Below, piece after piece: positions 55,476-64,000 of a stretch of 64,000 bases of DNA (within the stretch, counting starts at the first letter, position 1; each line of letters starts with the position of its first letter). The stretch comes from Geobacterales bacterium (GTDB taxonomy: Bacteria > Desulfobacterota > Desulfuromonadia > Geobacterales > Pseudopelobacteraceae), in the NCBI GenBank assembly GCA_038209415.1, contig JBBQXT010000001.1:7844-71843 (forward strand). Reading direction: 5' to 3'. Position numbers and translations under genes: made by a program. Under the pieces are notes generated by a model that saw nothing but the letters and a program-made list of their open reading frames with translations, was not told the DNA's origin and made no database searches.

Positions 55476-56675
55476 ATGCAGCATGCCATGAACGAAAGCA
55501 TCCCACAGAACAGCAAGGCGACTGTTGTCGTCATCGATGATGACATCCATATTCTTGAGTTGACCGGCCTTATTCTCTCCAAGCGCGGCTATCAGGTATT
55601 CACGGCGACTTCGGCGGGTATCGGCATGGAGATCATAGCCGAACGTATGCCGGAGCTGGTTCTGCTTGACTACATGTTGCCCGGGATGGACGGCCTGACC
55701 GCACTGCGCGAGATTCGTACCCGCTTCCCGAACACGTATGTCGTCATGTTCACGGGCAAAGGCAGCGAGGAGATCGCGGTCGAACTGATGAAAGGCGGCG
55801 CCTCGGAGTATATACTCAAGCCCTTCAACAACCGTGATCTGTGCGAACGCCTTGACAACATCCTGCGTATCCGCGAGATCGAGATCCACAACAAGTCGCT
55901 CCAGCTGGAGCAGGTGCGCCTGCTCCAGGAGATAAATAATTGGAACCAGAATCTGCAGAAACGGGTTCGTGAAAAAACTGATGCGCTTCAGAAAGTCCAG
56001 TCCGAGATCGCTCAGTCTGAAAAGCTGGCGGCCCTGGGGTATCTCTCTGCCGGTATGGCCCATGAAATCCGCAATCCGCTCAACTCAATCTCGCTCTTCG
56101 TCCAGCTTATGCGTCAGAACACGACCGATCCCGAGCAGCTGGACTACCAGGGGAAGATCCTCAAGGAAATTGACCGGATTGATGCCATTATCCGTAAACT
56201 GCTGGACGCCTCCCACCGTACCCGAACCATCACGAATGACATCTCCATAGAGCGGGTCATTGACGATGCCCTGGATGTTTTTTCACTACAGATCGAAACC
56301 GCCAAGATCAGGGTAACACGCTCCTACTGTGATTCACCGCGCACCATCAAGGCCGACGCGGCAGAACTGGAACAGATCTTCACCAACCTGTTCCTGAACG
56401 CGCTGGATGAAATGCACACCGGCGGTCACCTTGACCTCCGGACCTGTGAAGAAAACGGGCGGGTAGTGATCAGGGTCGGCGACAGCGGCGGCGGGATACC
56501 AGCCGAAACACTGCCCCGCATCTTCGACCCGTTTTTCAGCACCAAGGCGCGCAGTACCGGTATGGGTCTGCCGGTAGTCCAGCGCATCGTCCGCATCTAT
56601 GAAGGAAACATCTCCGTCGAGAAAACCTCCCCGGAAGGAACCGTTTTCCGCCTTGATTTTCCTGTATATGCTTAA
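55476..56675 (+). CDS. Hybrid receiver-histidine kinase (N-terminal REC, coiled coil, HisKA, HATPase)
   Basis: VVVIDDD...[11 protein letters not shown] receiver domain, H-box [14 protein letters not shown], and ATPase G-box STGMGLPVV. Confidence 0.85.
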   Translation: MQHAMNESIPQNSKATVVVIDDDIHILELTGLILSKRGYQVFTATSAGIGMEIIAERMPELVLLDYMLPGMDGLTALREIRTRFPNTYVVMFTGKGSEEIAVELMKGGASEYILKPFNNRDLCERLDNILRIREIEIHNKSLQLEQVRLLQEINNWNQNLQKRVREKTDALQKVQSEIAQSEKLAALGYLSAGMAHEIRNPLNSISLFVQLMRQNTTDPEQLDYQGKILKEIDRIDAIIRKLLDASHRTRTITNDISIERVIDDALDVFSLQIETAKIRVTRSYCDSPRTIKADAAELEQIFTNLFLNALDEMHTGGHLDLRTCEENGRVVIRVGDSGGGIPAETLPRIFDPFFSTKARSTGMGLPVVQRIVRIYEGNISVEKTSPEGTVFRLDFPVYA

Positions 56676-56735
56676 AGCGTATTCCCCTTTCCTTTTCGAT
56701 CCGGCTTAGTGTATTATTTCCCCTCAATCCTGCTC

Positions 56736-57146
56736 ATGAGAAAGATTATGCATACTTCACCTGGTAAAGTTCTGATCATAGACGATGACCCGTTTTTTCT
56801 GAAAGTGCTCAGCGATGCCTTTATCGAGAACGGTTTCAGCGTGTTTACCGCGCATGACGGCATCGAAGGCGTCAAGGCCTTCCTGGAGAAGGCTCCCGAT
56901 GCGGTCATCTGCGATCTGGTCATGCCTCGCATGGGCGGCGTCAGCACCTGCATAGAGATCAGCCGGCTGGCCGGCGACAAACCTCCGATCATCGCGCTGC
57001 TCACCTCCATGTTTCAGGAGTCCCCGCATGAACATGACGTTCCTGAAATGGGGGCCAAAGTTCATATCCCCAAGTCCACCAAGCCCACGGATATCGTCAT
57101 CATCATCGAACAGCTTCTGGCCCGAAATAGATACCAGCAGAACTGA
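56736..57146 (+). CDS. Single-domain response regulator
   Basis: VLIIDDDPFFLKVL...ICDLVMPRMGG receiver motifs. An alternative start lies at 56748. Confidence 0.8.
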   Translation: MRKIMHTSPGKVLIIDDDPFFLKVLSDAFIENGFSVFTAHDGIEGVKAFLEKAPDAVICDLVMPRMGGVSTCIEISRLAGDKPPIIALLTSMFQESPHEHDVPEMGAKVHIPKSTKPTDIVIIIEQLLARNRYQQN

Positions 57147-57155
57147 TCATCATCC

Positions 57156-58742
57156 ATGCCGTTCATTTACCGTAATCTAGCCGTTTCTCCGCAGATCGGA
57201 GAGGAAAGTCTGTTGCCATTGGTGGCCTCTCTGATCGGGCTTCCGGCGGCGGTGCTCTCCGAATTTCACATTGTCCGCAAAGGTGTCGACGCCCGCCGCA
57301 AACCCCGCATCAAGCTGATTTACACCGTCTCGTTCACGACTTTGGAAAGAGATCCTCTTCTTTCCCGGATCAATCAGATCCCAGGGTTGGAATGGCAGGC
57401 GGAACAACCGCCGGTAATATTTTCTCCGCTCCGCTCCGGTCAGCGGATTGTCATTGCCGGCAGCGGACCTGCCGGACTGTTTACCGCCTTGCGTCTGGCG
57501 GAATACGGGCTGACGGCCACGATTATCGAGCGGGGACAGCCGGTGGAGCAGCGTGCTCTGGATGTGCAGCAGTTCTGGCGGAACGGGCTGCTAGACCCGG
57601 AGAGCAACGTCCAGTTCGGCGAAGGGGGGGCCGGGACCTTCTCCGACGGCAAGCTGACCTGCCGCTCCAAAGATCCCCTGGTGCCCTGGATACTGGAACG
57701 GCTGGCGGTATTCGGGGCGCCGCCGGAAATCCGCTACCTGGCCAAACCACACATTGGAACCGACCGTCTGCGGCTGGTGGTCAGCGCCATCAGGAACCAC
57801 CTTCTGGAGCGCGGATTCAGCATCCGTTTCGGTTGTCGCCTGAGCGACATCGTTGTGCAGGGCGGGGCCGTTTCCTCGGTTATCGTCAACGACGATCAGG
57901 AACTCCCCTGCGACCGGCTGATCCTGGCGGTCGGCCACAGTGCGCGCGACACCTATGAGATGCTGGCACAGAAAGGCATAGCGCTGGAGCGCAAGCCCTT
58001 CGCCATGGGGCTGCGGGTGGAGCATCCCCAGGAACTGATCGACCGGATCCAGTATGGCGGCGCCCGGCATCCAAACCTGCCGGCAGCTGACTACGCCGTC
58101 ACCTTTAACAACACCGCCAGCGGCCGCAGTGCCTATTCCTTCTGCATGTGCCCCGGCGGCATCGTCATCGGCGGTACCTCGGAAGCGGGCGGGGTAGTCA
58201 CCAACGGCATGAGCGGTCAAAGGCGCAATTCCCCTTTTGCCAACAGCGCCCTGGTAGTCAACGTAACCACGGCTGATTTCGGCGGTGACGATCCCCTGTC
58301 GGGCGTCCGTTTCCAGCGCCGCTGGGAACAGCAGGCCTTCCTGGCCGGCGGCAGCGACTACCGCGCCCCGGCCCAGAACATGCTTGCATTCCTGCGGCAA
58401 CCCGGCAAAGGGACGGCCTCCAGCAGCTATCGCCCCGGTATTGTCGAAACAGAAATGGACCCGGTCCTGCCGGCCTTCATCATCCAGACCCTGCGTGAAG
58501 GCATCCCTGAATTCGGGCGCACAATGCGCGGATTTGTCAGTGCCGAAGCGACCCTGATCGGCATCGAATCACGCACCTCGGCCCCGCTGCGGGTGTTACG
58601 CAATGAACAGTTCGAATCCATCGGGCTGAAAGGACTGTACCCGGCTGGAGAAGGCGCCGGTTACGCCGGCGGCATCATGAGCTCGGCGGTGGACGGGGTA
58701 AAGATAGCTGATATGATCGCCGGGAAATTAACAGCGCAGTAA
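57156..58742 (+). CDS. FAD-dependent oxidoreductase of the uncharacterised COG2509-like dehydrogenase type
   Basis: Dinucleotide-binding motif IVIAGSGPAGLFTAL. The 528-aa length and C-terminal GEGAGYAGGI motif are typical of this family. Confidence 0.75.
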   Translation: MPFIYRNLAVSPQIGEESLLPLVASLIGLPAAVLSEFHIVRKGVDARRKPRIKLIYTVSFTTLERDPLLSRINQIPGLEWQAEQPPVIFSPLRSGQRIVIAGSGPAGLFTALRLAEYGLTATIIERGQPVEQRALDVQQFWRNGLLDPESNVQFGEGGAGTFSDGKLTCRSKDPLVPWILERLAVFGAPPEIRYLAKPHIGTDRLRLVVSAIRNHLLERGFSIRFGCRLSDIVVQGGAVSSVIVNDDQELPCDRLILAVGHSARDTYEMLAQKGIALERKPFAMGLRVEHPQELIDRIQYGGARHPNLPAADYAVTFNNTASGRSAYSFCMCPGGIVIGGTSEAGGVVTNGMSGQRRNSPFANSALVVNVTTADFGGDDPLSGVRFQRRWEQQAFLAGGSDYRAPAQNMLAFLRQPGKGTASSSYRPGIVETEMDPVLPAFIIQTLREGIPEFGRTMRGFVSAEATLIGIESRTSAPLRVLRNEQFESIGLKGLYPAGEGAGYAGGIMSSAVDGVKIADMIAGKLTAQ

Positions 58743-58753
58743 AGGAGCATGAC

Positions 58754-59854
58754 ATGCCAAAGCAATTCGTAGCGGAAATCAAGGATCGCGAGTCGGTCAA
58801 TGCCGTTTTTCTGGTCAAGGACAAGATCATGGCTATGGCCAAGAACGGCAAACCCTATATGAACCTGCGTTTTATGGACAAGAGCGGCGAGATCGAGGCC
58901 AAGGTCTGGGACAATGTGGACCTGCTGGACAAGCAGTTCGACAAGGACCACTTCGTCCAGGTGCGCGGCAAGGCCTCGGTCTATATGAACAAGATGCAGA
59001 TCGTGGTGGCCGAGATCACCAAAATCTCCGAAGGACAGGTCAACCTGGCCGATTTCCTGCCTGAATCGCCCCGCGACAGCGACGAGATGCGCCGGGAGCT
59101 GCTGGAGATCATTGGCGGGCTGGGCAACCCCTTCCTGCGCCGACTGATGGAATCGTTCTCAGGGGATGCGGCATTCATGGACCAGTACTGCATGGCACCA
59201 GCCGCCAAGGGGATGCACCACGTCTACCTGGGCGGACTGCTGGAGCATTCCCTGGCGCTGGTCAGACTGGCCAAAGCCATCGTCCCGATGTACAACAATA
59301 TCAACGAGGACCTGCTGATCGTCGGGGCACTGCTGCACGATGTGGGCAAGATCCACGAGATGAGTTATGAACGGGCCTTCGACTATACCGACGAGGGCAA
59401 GCTGATCGGGCACATCAGCATCGGTGTCGAGATGGTCAGCGACCGGATCAGGGAGATCGAAGGTTTTCCCCGTGAATTGGCCATGCTGCTCAAACACATG
59501 CTGCTGTCCCATCACGGCCTGTATGAATACGGCTCGCCCAAGCGCCCCAAGACCGTCGAGGCCACCATTCTCAACTACCTGGACGACATGGACTCCAAGA
59601 TCAACGGCATCCAGGCCCATATTGCCAAGGAGAATGCCAGCACGTCGCGCTGGACGGCCTATCACCGTCTGTACGACCGCTATTTCTTCAAATGCAACGG
59701 CATGGATGGAGAGCAGGAGGTGGAGCGGGTGTGCGATGAGACCAGCGAGCCGCCGCAGGAAGAAAAACCCGCAGAGGAAACCGCGGCAAGGAAGGAACGT
59801 AAGGACTTCGGCACTCAGCCTTTCAAGAAGCTGGAGAATCTGGATCTGTTCTGA
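58754..59854 (+). CDS. OB-fold + HD-domain phosphohydrolase (YhaM-like 3'-5' exoribonuclease family)
   Basis: N-terminal OB-fold pattern (VFLVKDK...NGKPYMNLRFMDKSGEIEAKVW) and HD motifs HHVYLGGLLEHS and LLHDVGK. Confidence 0.8.
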   Translation: MPKQFVAEIKDRESVNAVFLVKDKIMAMAKNGKPYMNLRFMDKSGEIEAKVWDNVDLLDKQFDKDHFVQVRGKASVYMNKMQIVVAEITKISEGQVNLADFLPESPRDSDEMRRELLEIIGGLGNPFLRRLMESFSGDAAFMDQYCMAPAAKGMHHVYLGGLLEHSLALVRLAKAIVPMYNNINEDLLIVGALLHDVGKIHEMSYERAFDYTDEGKLIGHISIGVEMVSDRIREIEGFPRELAMLLKHMLLSHHGLYEYGSPKRPKTVEATILNYLDDMDSKINGIQAHIAKENASTSRWTAYHRLYDRYFFKCNGMDGEQEVERVCDETSEPPQEEKPAEETAARKERKDFGTQPFKKLENLDLF

Positions 59855-59884
59855 TTCCACGTTGTGAGCACGTTTAGAAGTGAC

Positions 59885-59922
59885 AAACCTCCGAGGTTTC
59901 AAAAACCGCGGAGGTTTTTTTT
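59885..59922 (+). terminator. Rho-independent terminator (copy 2 of the hairpin family)
   Basis: AACCTCCG (59886-59893) / CGGAGGTT, followed by an 8-nt T-run. It matches the hairpin at 20563-20597 at 27 of 33 positions, loop included. Confidence 0.6.
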
Positions 59923-59935
59923 CATAACGGGATTT

Positions 59936-60787
59936 CTACCCCACCAACCCCCGCAGTATCCCCAGATTGACCCCGTCCATCTCATCGTGGTCCCCTTTTG
60001 GGGTCTCCAGGATCTTGGGGACCTTCGCAAAGCGCGGATCATTGAGGATGAATCGGAATGGATTCAATCCCAAAGCCCCTTGGCCGATATGCTCGTGGCG
60101 GTCAACGCGTGAGCCGAGACCCTTCTTGGAATCGTTGAAATGGAAGCACTGCAGCCGGTCGATACCGATGACCCGGTCGAACTGCGCCATGGTGTCGCGG
60201 TAGCCTTCCTCCGTGGCAGTGTCGTAACCGGCGGCAAAGGTATGGCAGGTGTCGAAGCAGACCCCGAATTTGTCCGGGAATTTCGACCCGCTGATAATGG
60301 TCTGCAGCTCCTCGAAGGTCCGCCCCAGATTGCTGCCCTGCCCGGCGGTCGTTTCGATCAGTACCCGTCCCTCGAACTGCGGCACCTCGCCAAAGAGCTG
60401 ATCAAAGGCCTCGACCACCCGCCCCAGGCCGACCGCGGGCGTGTCCGTCAGGTGTGAACCGGGGTGCATGACCACCTTCTGGATGCCGAGTCGGGCACAG
60501 GTCTCCAGCTCATCACGGAAGGCGGCCAGGCTCTTGTCGCGGGTATCACCCGGCGGGCCGGCCAGGTTGATCAGGTAGATGTCGTGGGAGACGACTTCAT
60601 GCAGGCCGGAGGCGGAGAATTTCTCACGGAACAGGGCCGTATCGGCCTCGCTGACCGGCTTGCCCCGCCACTGGTTGGAGTTGCGGGTAAAGATTTGCAG
60701 TACGCCGCACCCGGCGGCCACGGCCCGGTCAATGGCCAGGTGCAGGCCGCCGGAGATGGACATATGTGCTCCAAGGTAATCGTTCAT
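59936..60787 (-). CDS. nfo: Deoxyribonuclease IV (endonuclease IV)
   Basis: LGAHMSISGG N-terminus and AP endonuclease family 2 His/Asp/Glu pattern (HPGSH, ETTAGQG, CFDTCH). Confidence 0.9.
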   Translation of the reverse strand: MNDYLGAHMSISGGLHLAIDRAVAAGCGVLQIFTRNSNQWRGKPVSEADTALFREKFSASGLHEVVSHDIYLINLAGPPGDTRDKSLAAFRDELETCARLGIQKVVMHPGSHLTDTPAVGLGRVVEAFDQLFGEVPQFEGRVLIETTAGQGSNLGRTFEELQTIISGSKFPDKFGVCFDTCHTFAAGYDTATEEGYRDTMAQFDRVIGIDRLQCFHFNDSKKGLGSRVDRHEHIGQGALGLNPFRFILNDPRFAKVPKILETPKGDHDEMDGVNLGILRGLVG

Positions 60788-62010
60788 TGCGGCGCCTCCA
60801 CCAGCTCGATATAGTTCCCGTAGAAATGCACATCCACCTCCGCGCCAACGGCGAAATCCGTGCTCCCGGCCGGCAGTACGGCGATGGCTTGCGCATCGAC
60901 CATGGTCTTCAGGATGGCGGTCTGCTGATTGCCGGACGAGGTGGCATACCAGCGGCCGGCCTCCCGCTCCAGCCGCAACCGCACGATCTGCACCTTGCCC
61001 GCTTTCTTTTTCATCCCTTCGCGCAGAATGGCCTTGAAAAGCGGCCGCACTACCCGCTGATGCCCCTGCATGCGAAGCAGCGCGGGACGGACGAACTCCT
61101 CGAAGGTGATCATGGTCGAAACCGGATTGCCCGGCAGGGAGAAGACCGGCGTCGTGCCGTGCAGGGCATAGGCGGTCGGTCCGCCCGGCTTGATGCCCAC
61201 CTTCCAGAACAGCTGTCTGGCACCCAACTCCGCCAGTATGTCCCGCACCAGGTCGCAGTCGCCAGCCGAGACGCCGGCCGAGGTGACCAGCACATCGGCC
61301 CGCAAGCCGTCCTTCATCTTGGCGATATGGCTCTCGCTGTTATCGCGGGCAATGCCGATAATGCGCGGGATGCAGCCGCACTCCGTCACCGCGGCCGCCA
61401 GCGAGAGGGTGTTGCTGTTGATGATCTCGCCCGGCCCGGGTGTCCGGCCCAACTCCACCAGTTCGTCACCGGTGGAAAGTATCGCCACAATCGGACGACG
61501 GTAGACCGGCACCAACGCCAGGCCGAACCCGGCCAACATGTTGACCTCCGGCGGACGGATGATCGTTTTGGCACGGACGAAGGTCACACCAACGGCCACA
61601 TCTTCGCCCCGGAAACGGATATGCTGCCCCATTTTGACCGGCTCAAGCAGCGTTACCTCCTGCCGGCCGTCATCGGTCTCCTCCACCGGCACCACCGCAT
61701 CGCAGCCGGCCGGGGTCGGCGCACCGGTCATGATCCGCACAGCGCAGCCGGGTTCGACCGTCACGTCATCGGCTCGGGCACCGGCCGGCAGAAAGCCGGC
61801 CACACGCAACCGGCAAGGGATGTTCCCACAATCCTCCGACCGCACGGCATAGCCGTCCATGGCCGAATTGTCCCACAGCGGCAGATCCCAGGGGGCCGTC
61901 ACATCCGCCGCCAGAACCCGTCCAATCGCTTCCAGAAGATGGATCTGTTCCGTGCCGACCGGCTGAACGCTATCTAGGATGATCGTACGGGCCTCTTCAA
62001 ATGAAACCAT
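60784..62010 (-). CDS. moeA: Molybdopterin molybdotransferase MoeA
   Basis: MVSFEEAR N-terminus, SLPGNPVST motif, and 408 aa from the ATG at 62010 (after GAGGA). ATGA overlap with nfo. The ORF-track N-terminal extension was rejected. Confidence 0.88.
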   Translation of the reverse strand: MVSFEEARTIILDSVQPVGTEQIHLLEAIGRVLAADVTAPWDLPLWDNSAMDGYAVRSEDCGNIPCRLRVAGFLPAGARADDVTVEPGCAVRIMTGAPTPAGCDAVVPVEETDDGRQEVTLLEPVKMGQHIRFRGEDVAVGVTFVRAKTIIRPPEVNMLAGFGLALVPVYRRPIVAILSTGDELVELGRTPGPGEIINSNTLSLAAAVTECGCIPRIIGIARDNSESHIAKMKDGLRADVLVTSAGVSAGDCDLVRDILAELGARQLFWKVGIKPGGPTAYALHGTTPVFSLPGNPVSTMITFEEFVRPALLRMQGHQRVVRPLFKAILREGMKKKAGKVQIVRLRLEREAGRWYATSSGNQQTAILKTMVDAQAIAVLPAGSTDFAVGAEVDVHFYGNYIELVEAPQ

Positions 62011-62154
62011 GCTGTTCCTCCACAACCCGGATGCACAGGATAAGTGCGTTAACGAAGTATTTATACTAGAAATGCGCAGATAAATAACTTCTAGCTTACT
62101 AAACGTAGCTGTATGCACCACAATAGCGGCAACCGCCCAAAAAGACAATATCGA

Positions 62155-62182
62155 TTGCCAATGTCTGCCTGATCGGTATAAT
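62155..62182 (+). promoter_or_regulatory. Sigma-70-like promoter for the NUDIX gene
   Basis: TTGCCA (62155-62160), a 16-nt spacer, then TATAAT (62177-62182), 31 nt before the ATG at 62214. Confidence 0.5.
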
Positions 62183-62213
62183 GCATCCTTCAATCCCCTG
62201 ATGGAGAAACCCG

Positions 62214-62666
62214 ATGAGTACAACAAACCATCCCGCACCCCACGTCCATGTTGCCTGCGCCATCATCCGGCAGGACGGCCTCGTACTGGCCGCCCAGCGC
62301 AGCGCAAACATGAACCTGCCGCTGAAATGGGAATTCCCCGGCGGCAAGCTGGAAGCGGGGGAAACCCCTGCCCAGTGCCTGAAACGGGAACTGGTCGAGG
62401 AGCTGGACATTCAGATCCGGGTCGGGTGGGAGCTGCCTCTGTATACCCACCACTACCCGAGCTTCACCGTTACCCTGTATCCATTTGCCTGCAGCATCGA
62501 ATCGGGTGAGATCACCCTGCATGAACACGCCGCCATGGTCTGGCTGGCGCCGGAGAAGCTGCACACCCTCGACTGGGCCGAAGCTGATCTTCCGCTGATC
62601 GGTGAGTACCTGCGCCGGGTCAAGGGGCAACCCCTTGCGGCAGGAGAAACCGTTGCATATATCTGA
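62214..62666 (+). CDS. mutT: NUDIX hydrolase (MutT-like 8-oxo-dGTP diphosphatase family)
   Basis: Nudix box GGKLEAGETPAQCLKRELVEELDI; 150 aa. Confidence 0.8.
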   Translation: MSTTNHPAPHVHVACAIIRQDGLVLAAQRSANMNLPLKWEFPGGKLEAGETPAQCLKRELVEELDIQIRVGWELPLYTHHYPSFTVTLYPFACSIESGEITLHEHAAMVWLAPEKLHTLDWAEADLPLIGEYLRRVKGQPLAAGETVAYI

Positions 62667-62679
62667 AACATCACGGTTC

Positions 62680-62986
62680 AAAGGCTTCCCGCTCTTCGAC
62701 AGCCATTTGACCTCAGCTTTCCGCTGTTCCCAAACAACGGTTACCCGCCGAATGACCTGACCTGCAGCGACTACCTGTCACAGACAGCGCATTACAACCT
62801 GCGTGGCGGGAGCTGTACGCGGCTAATCCGGCCTGCCTGATGTTCGGCACGGACCTGCCATCCACCCGGGCAGCGCGCCCCTACCGCGATAAGGATTTCC
62901 TGCTGGTGGTGGAGACATTGGGCGATGAGGCCGCCTTGGCGGTTTTTTATGACAATACGGCGGAGTTCTATTGGGTTTTCAGATAA
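62680..62986 (+). pseudogene. Degenerate amidohydrolase-family gene remnant (N-terminal FDSHL segment and C-terminal LMFGTDLP...YDNTAEFY segment; middle missing, frameshifted)
   Basis: One frame gives FPLFDSHL (HxH-like metal motif region), then a stop. A second frame, open from 62756 to 62986, gives PAWRELYAANPACLMFGTDLPSTRA...LAVFYDNTAEFYWVFR, resembling the C-terminus of PF04909-type amidohydrolases. The two together span about 100 codons, against about 270 expected. Confidence 0.4.
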
Positions 62987-63019
62987 TAGTGACGTGGTCC
63001 CACACAAAAGGAGCTAGCA

Positions 63020-63442
63020 ATGCAATCCACTAAATCAGCCTCGTGGTTTACCATTTTCGCAAAGTCAACGGCACGGGCTACCGGAAAGCCGGCGGCTTTC
63101 GTTGTAGCGGCCGGAGTCATTCTGGTCTGGATTATCACTGGTCCCTTGTTCGGATTTAGTGATACGTGGCAGCTGGTAATCAACACGGGCACGACCATTG
63201 TGACCTTTCTGATGGTTTTTCTTATCCAGAACACCCAGAACCGCGATTCGGAAGCGGTCCAAGTAAAACTGGACGAGTTGATCCGCGTCACGGAAGGGGC
63301 GCATAATGCGCTTTTGAATCTGGAGGAACTGGAAGAAAAGGAATTGGACCTGATCCGCGCCAAATACGGGCGCTTGGCCGAGATCGCCCGGGCAGAATTG
63401 AAAAGCGGGCAATCGGATACCGGCGCCCCTGACGTGGGATAG
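63020..63442 (+). CDS. Low-affinity iron permease family membrane protein (Fet4-like small bacterial homologue)
   Basis: 140 aa with two TM helices and WQLVINTGTTIVTFLMVFLIQNTQNRDSEAVQVKLDELIR, characteristic of this family (from memory). Confidence 0.65.
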   Translation: MQSTKSASWFTIFAKSTARATGKPAAFVVAAGVILVWIITGPLFGFSDTWQLVINTGTTIVTFLMVFLIQNTQNRDSEAVQVKLDELIRVTEGAHNALLNLEELEEKELDLIRAKYGRLAEIARAELKSGQSDTGAPDVG

Positions 63443-63569
63443 GTATTTCCCCAAGGAATACCGATCTCCCGCCATAAGATTCCCACGCCTCTTCAAGGGG
63501 GAGGAACCGTTAACAGCAATAGATTGATTCTAATCCGAAAAGCAATTCTCTCTCAAAAGGTTTGTATTC

Positions 63570-64000
63570 ATGGACATCCTTATCGGCACCTTCACCATGC
63601 GTCCCTATGTGTTCGCCTTCTTCGCCGCGTTCCTGCTGGCTTGCGTTCCCCATGTCGGTTGGCGGCGGACGCTGACCTTTACGGTTTCCGGCTACCTGAT
63701 CGCCTTTTCCTCGGAGTGGCTCTCGATCAACACCGGCTTTCCCTACGGCTGGTACTACTACATTGAGACCACCAAAAACCGGGAACTGTGGGTGGCCGGG
63801 GTGCCTTTCTTCGACTCGCTCTCCTACGTTTTCCTGGCCTACTGCAGTTACACCACGGCGCTCCTGATCCTGTCGCCGCTCAAGGCCTGGCGCTGGAATG
63901 TGGCAACGCTGGAGACGCGCCGCATCCGCCGTTCCGTTTCTGCGCTGATTCTGGGGGCCTTCCTGCAGACCTTCCTGGACATTGTCATCGATCCGGTGGC
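63570..64000 (+). CDS. Polytopic membrane protein, carotenoid-biosynthesis-protein/DUF422-like, 3' partial
   Basis: The ATG at 63570 opens a frame that runs to the window end: MDILIGTFTMRPYVFAFFAAFLLA...FPYGWYYYIE...GVPFFDSLSYVFLAY. It is not in the ORF track because there is no stop inside the window. Confidence 0.5.
   Translation, partial: MDILIGTFTMRPYVFAFFAAFLLACVPHVGWRRTLTFTVSGYLIAFSSEWLSINTGFPYGWYYYIETTKNRELWVAGVPFFDSLSYVFLAYCSYTTALLILSPLKAWRWNVATLETRRIRRSVSALILGAFLQTFLDIVIDPV

Noticed and set aside
60766-61977. 403-aa plus-strand ORF antisense to moeA
   Set aside because: The translation is Arg/Gly/His-rich nonsense with no domain signature, whereas the minus strand encodes a full-length MoeA with conserved motifs.
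62011-62150. Possible Moco riboswitch upstream of moeA, and CCTCCGAG strings elsewhere that recall the Moco motif
   Set aside because: The moeA leader is AT-rich and shows no Moco-like conserved segments. The CCTCCGAG strings at 20567 and 59888 are simply the arms of terminator hairpins downstream of unrelated genes.

Overview
This 64-kb window is mostly densely packed chromosomal housekeeping DNA, and by gene content it looks like a Geobacter-type (Desulfuromonadales) metal reducer; that assignment is inference, since no search was run. I saw no rRNA, tRNA, CRISPR array, transposase or integrase.

The housekeeping genes fall into these groups:
- Cell envelope, chaperone and tRNA: a WecA/MraY-like transferase (5' partial), hslO, truA.
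- Thiol redox and haem supply: a TlpA-like redoxin, trxA, a sirC-like gene, a ccsA/hemX-like gene, hemA, hemC and a cobA-hemD fusion. trxB lies further on.
- Cofactor, repair and central metabolism: coaBC, udg4, rlmI, asd, leuB, metK, mtnP, a PfkB kinase, nfo, moeA and a NUDIX hydrolase.
- Signalling and cell shape: several two-component and sigma-54 regulators, a partial cheR-mcp-cheW module, and a pilW-like/rodZ-like pair.

Two respiratory gene islands stand out:
1. **Outer-membrane cluster, 9.3-18.5 kb, minus strand.** It reads beta-barrel, pentahaem cytochrome, lipoprotein multihaem cytochrome, NHL/FN3 beta-propeller protein, then a 1124-aa cytochrome with 26 candidate haem sites. This looks like a porin-cytochrome electron conduit extended by two extra extracytoplasmic modules. 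It is the best candidate for an undescribed system.
2. **Inner-membrane island, 26.5-34.8 kb.** An ImcH-like 7-site cytochrome and a CbcL-like 9-haem c/b-type fusion flank an operon of a membrane-anchored tetrahaem cytochrome, a NrfC-like FeS subunit and a NrfD-like membrane subunit, plus a DUF2339-like membrane protein.

Smaller observations:
- A near-consensus sigma-54 promoter in front of a tiny secreted Lys/Ala-repeat protein.
- Two gene remnants: an sfsA N-terminus between hemA and hemC, and an amidohydrolase after the NUDIX gene.
- A 19-nt inverted-repeat element after coaBC.
- A hairpin terminator present in two related copies.

All functional calls rest on motifs read from the translations. 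No database search was run.
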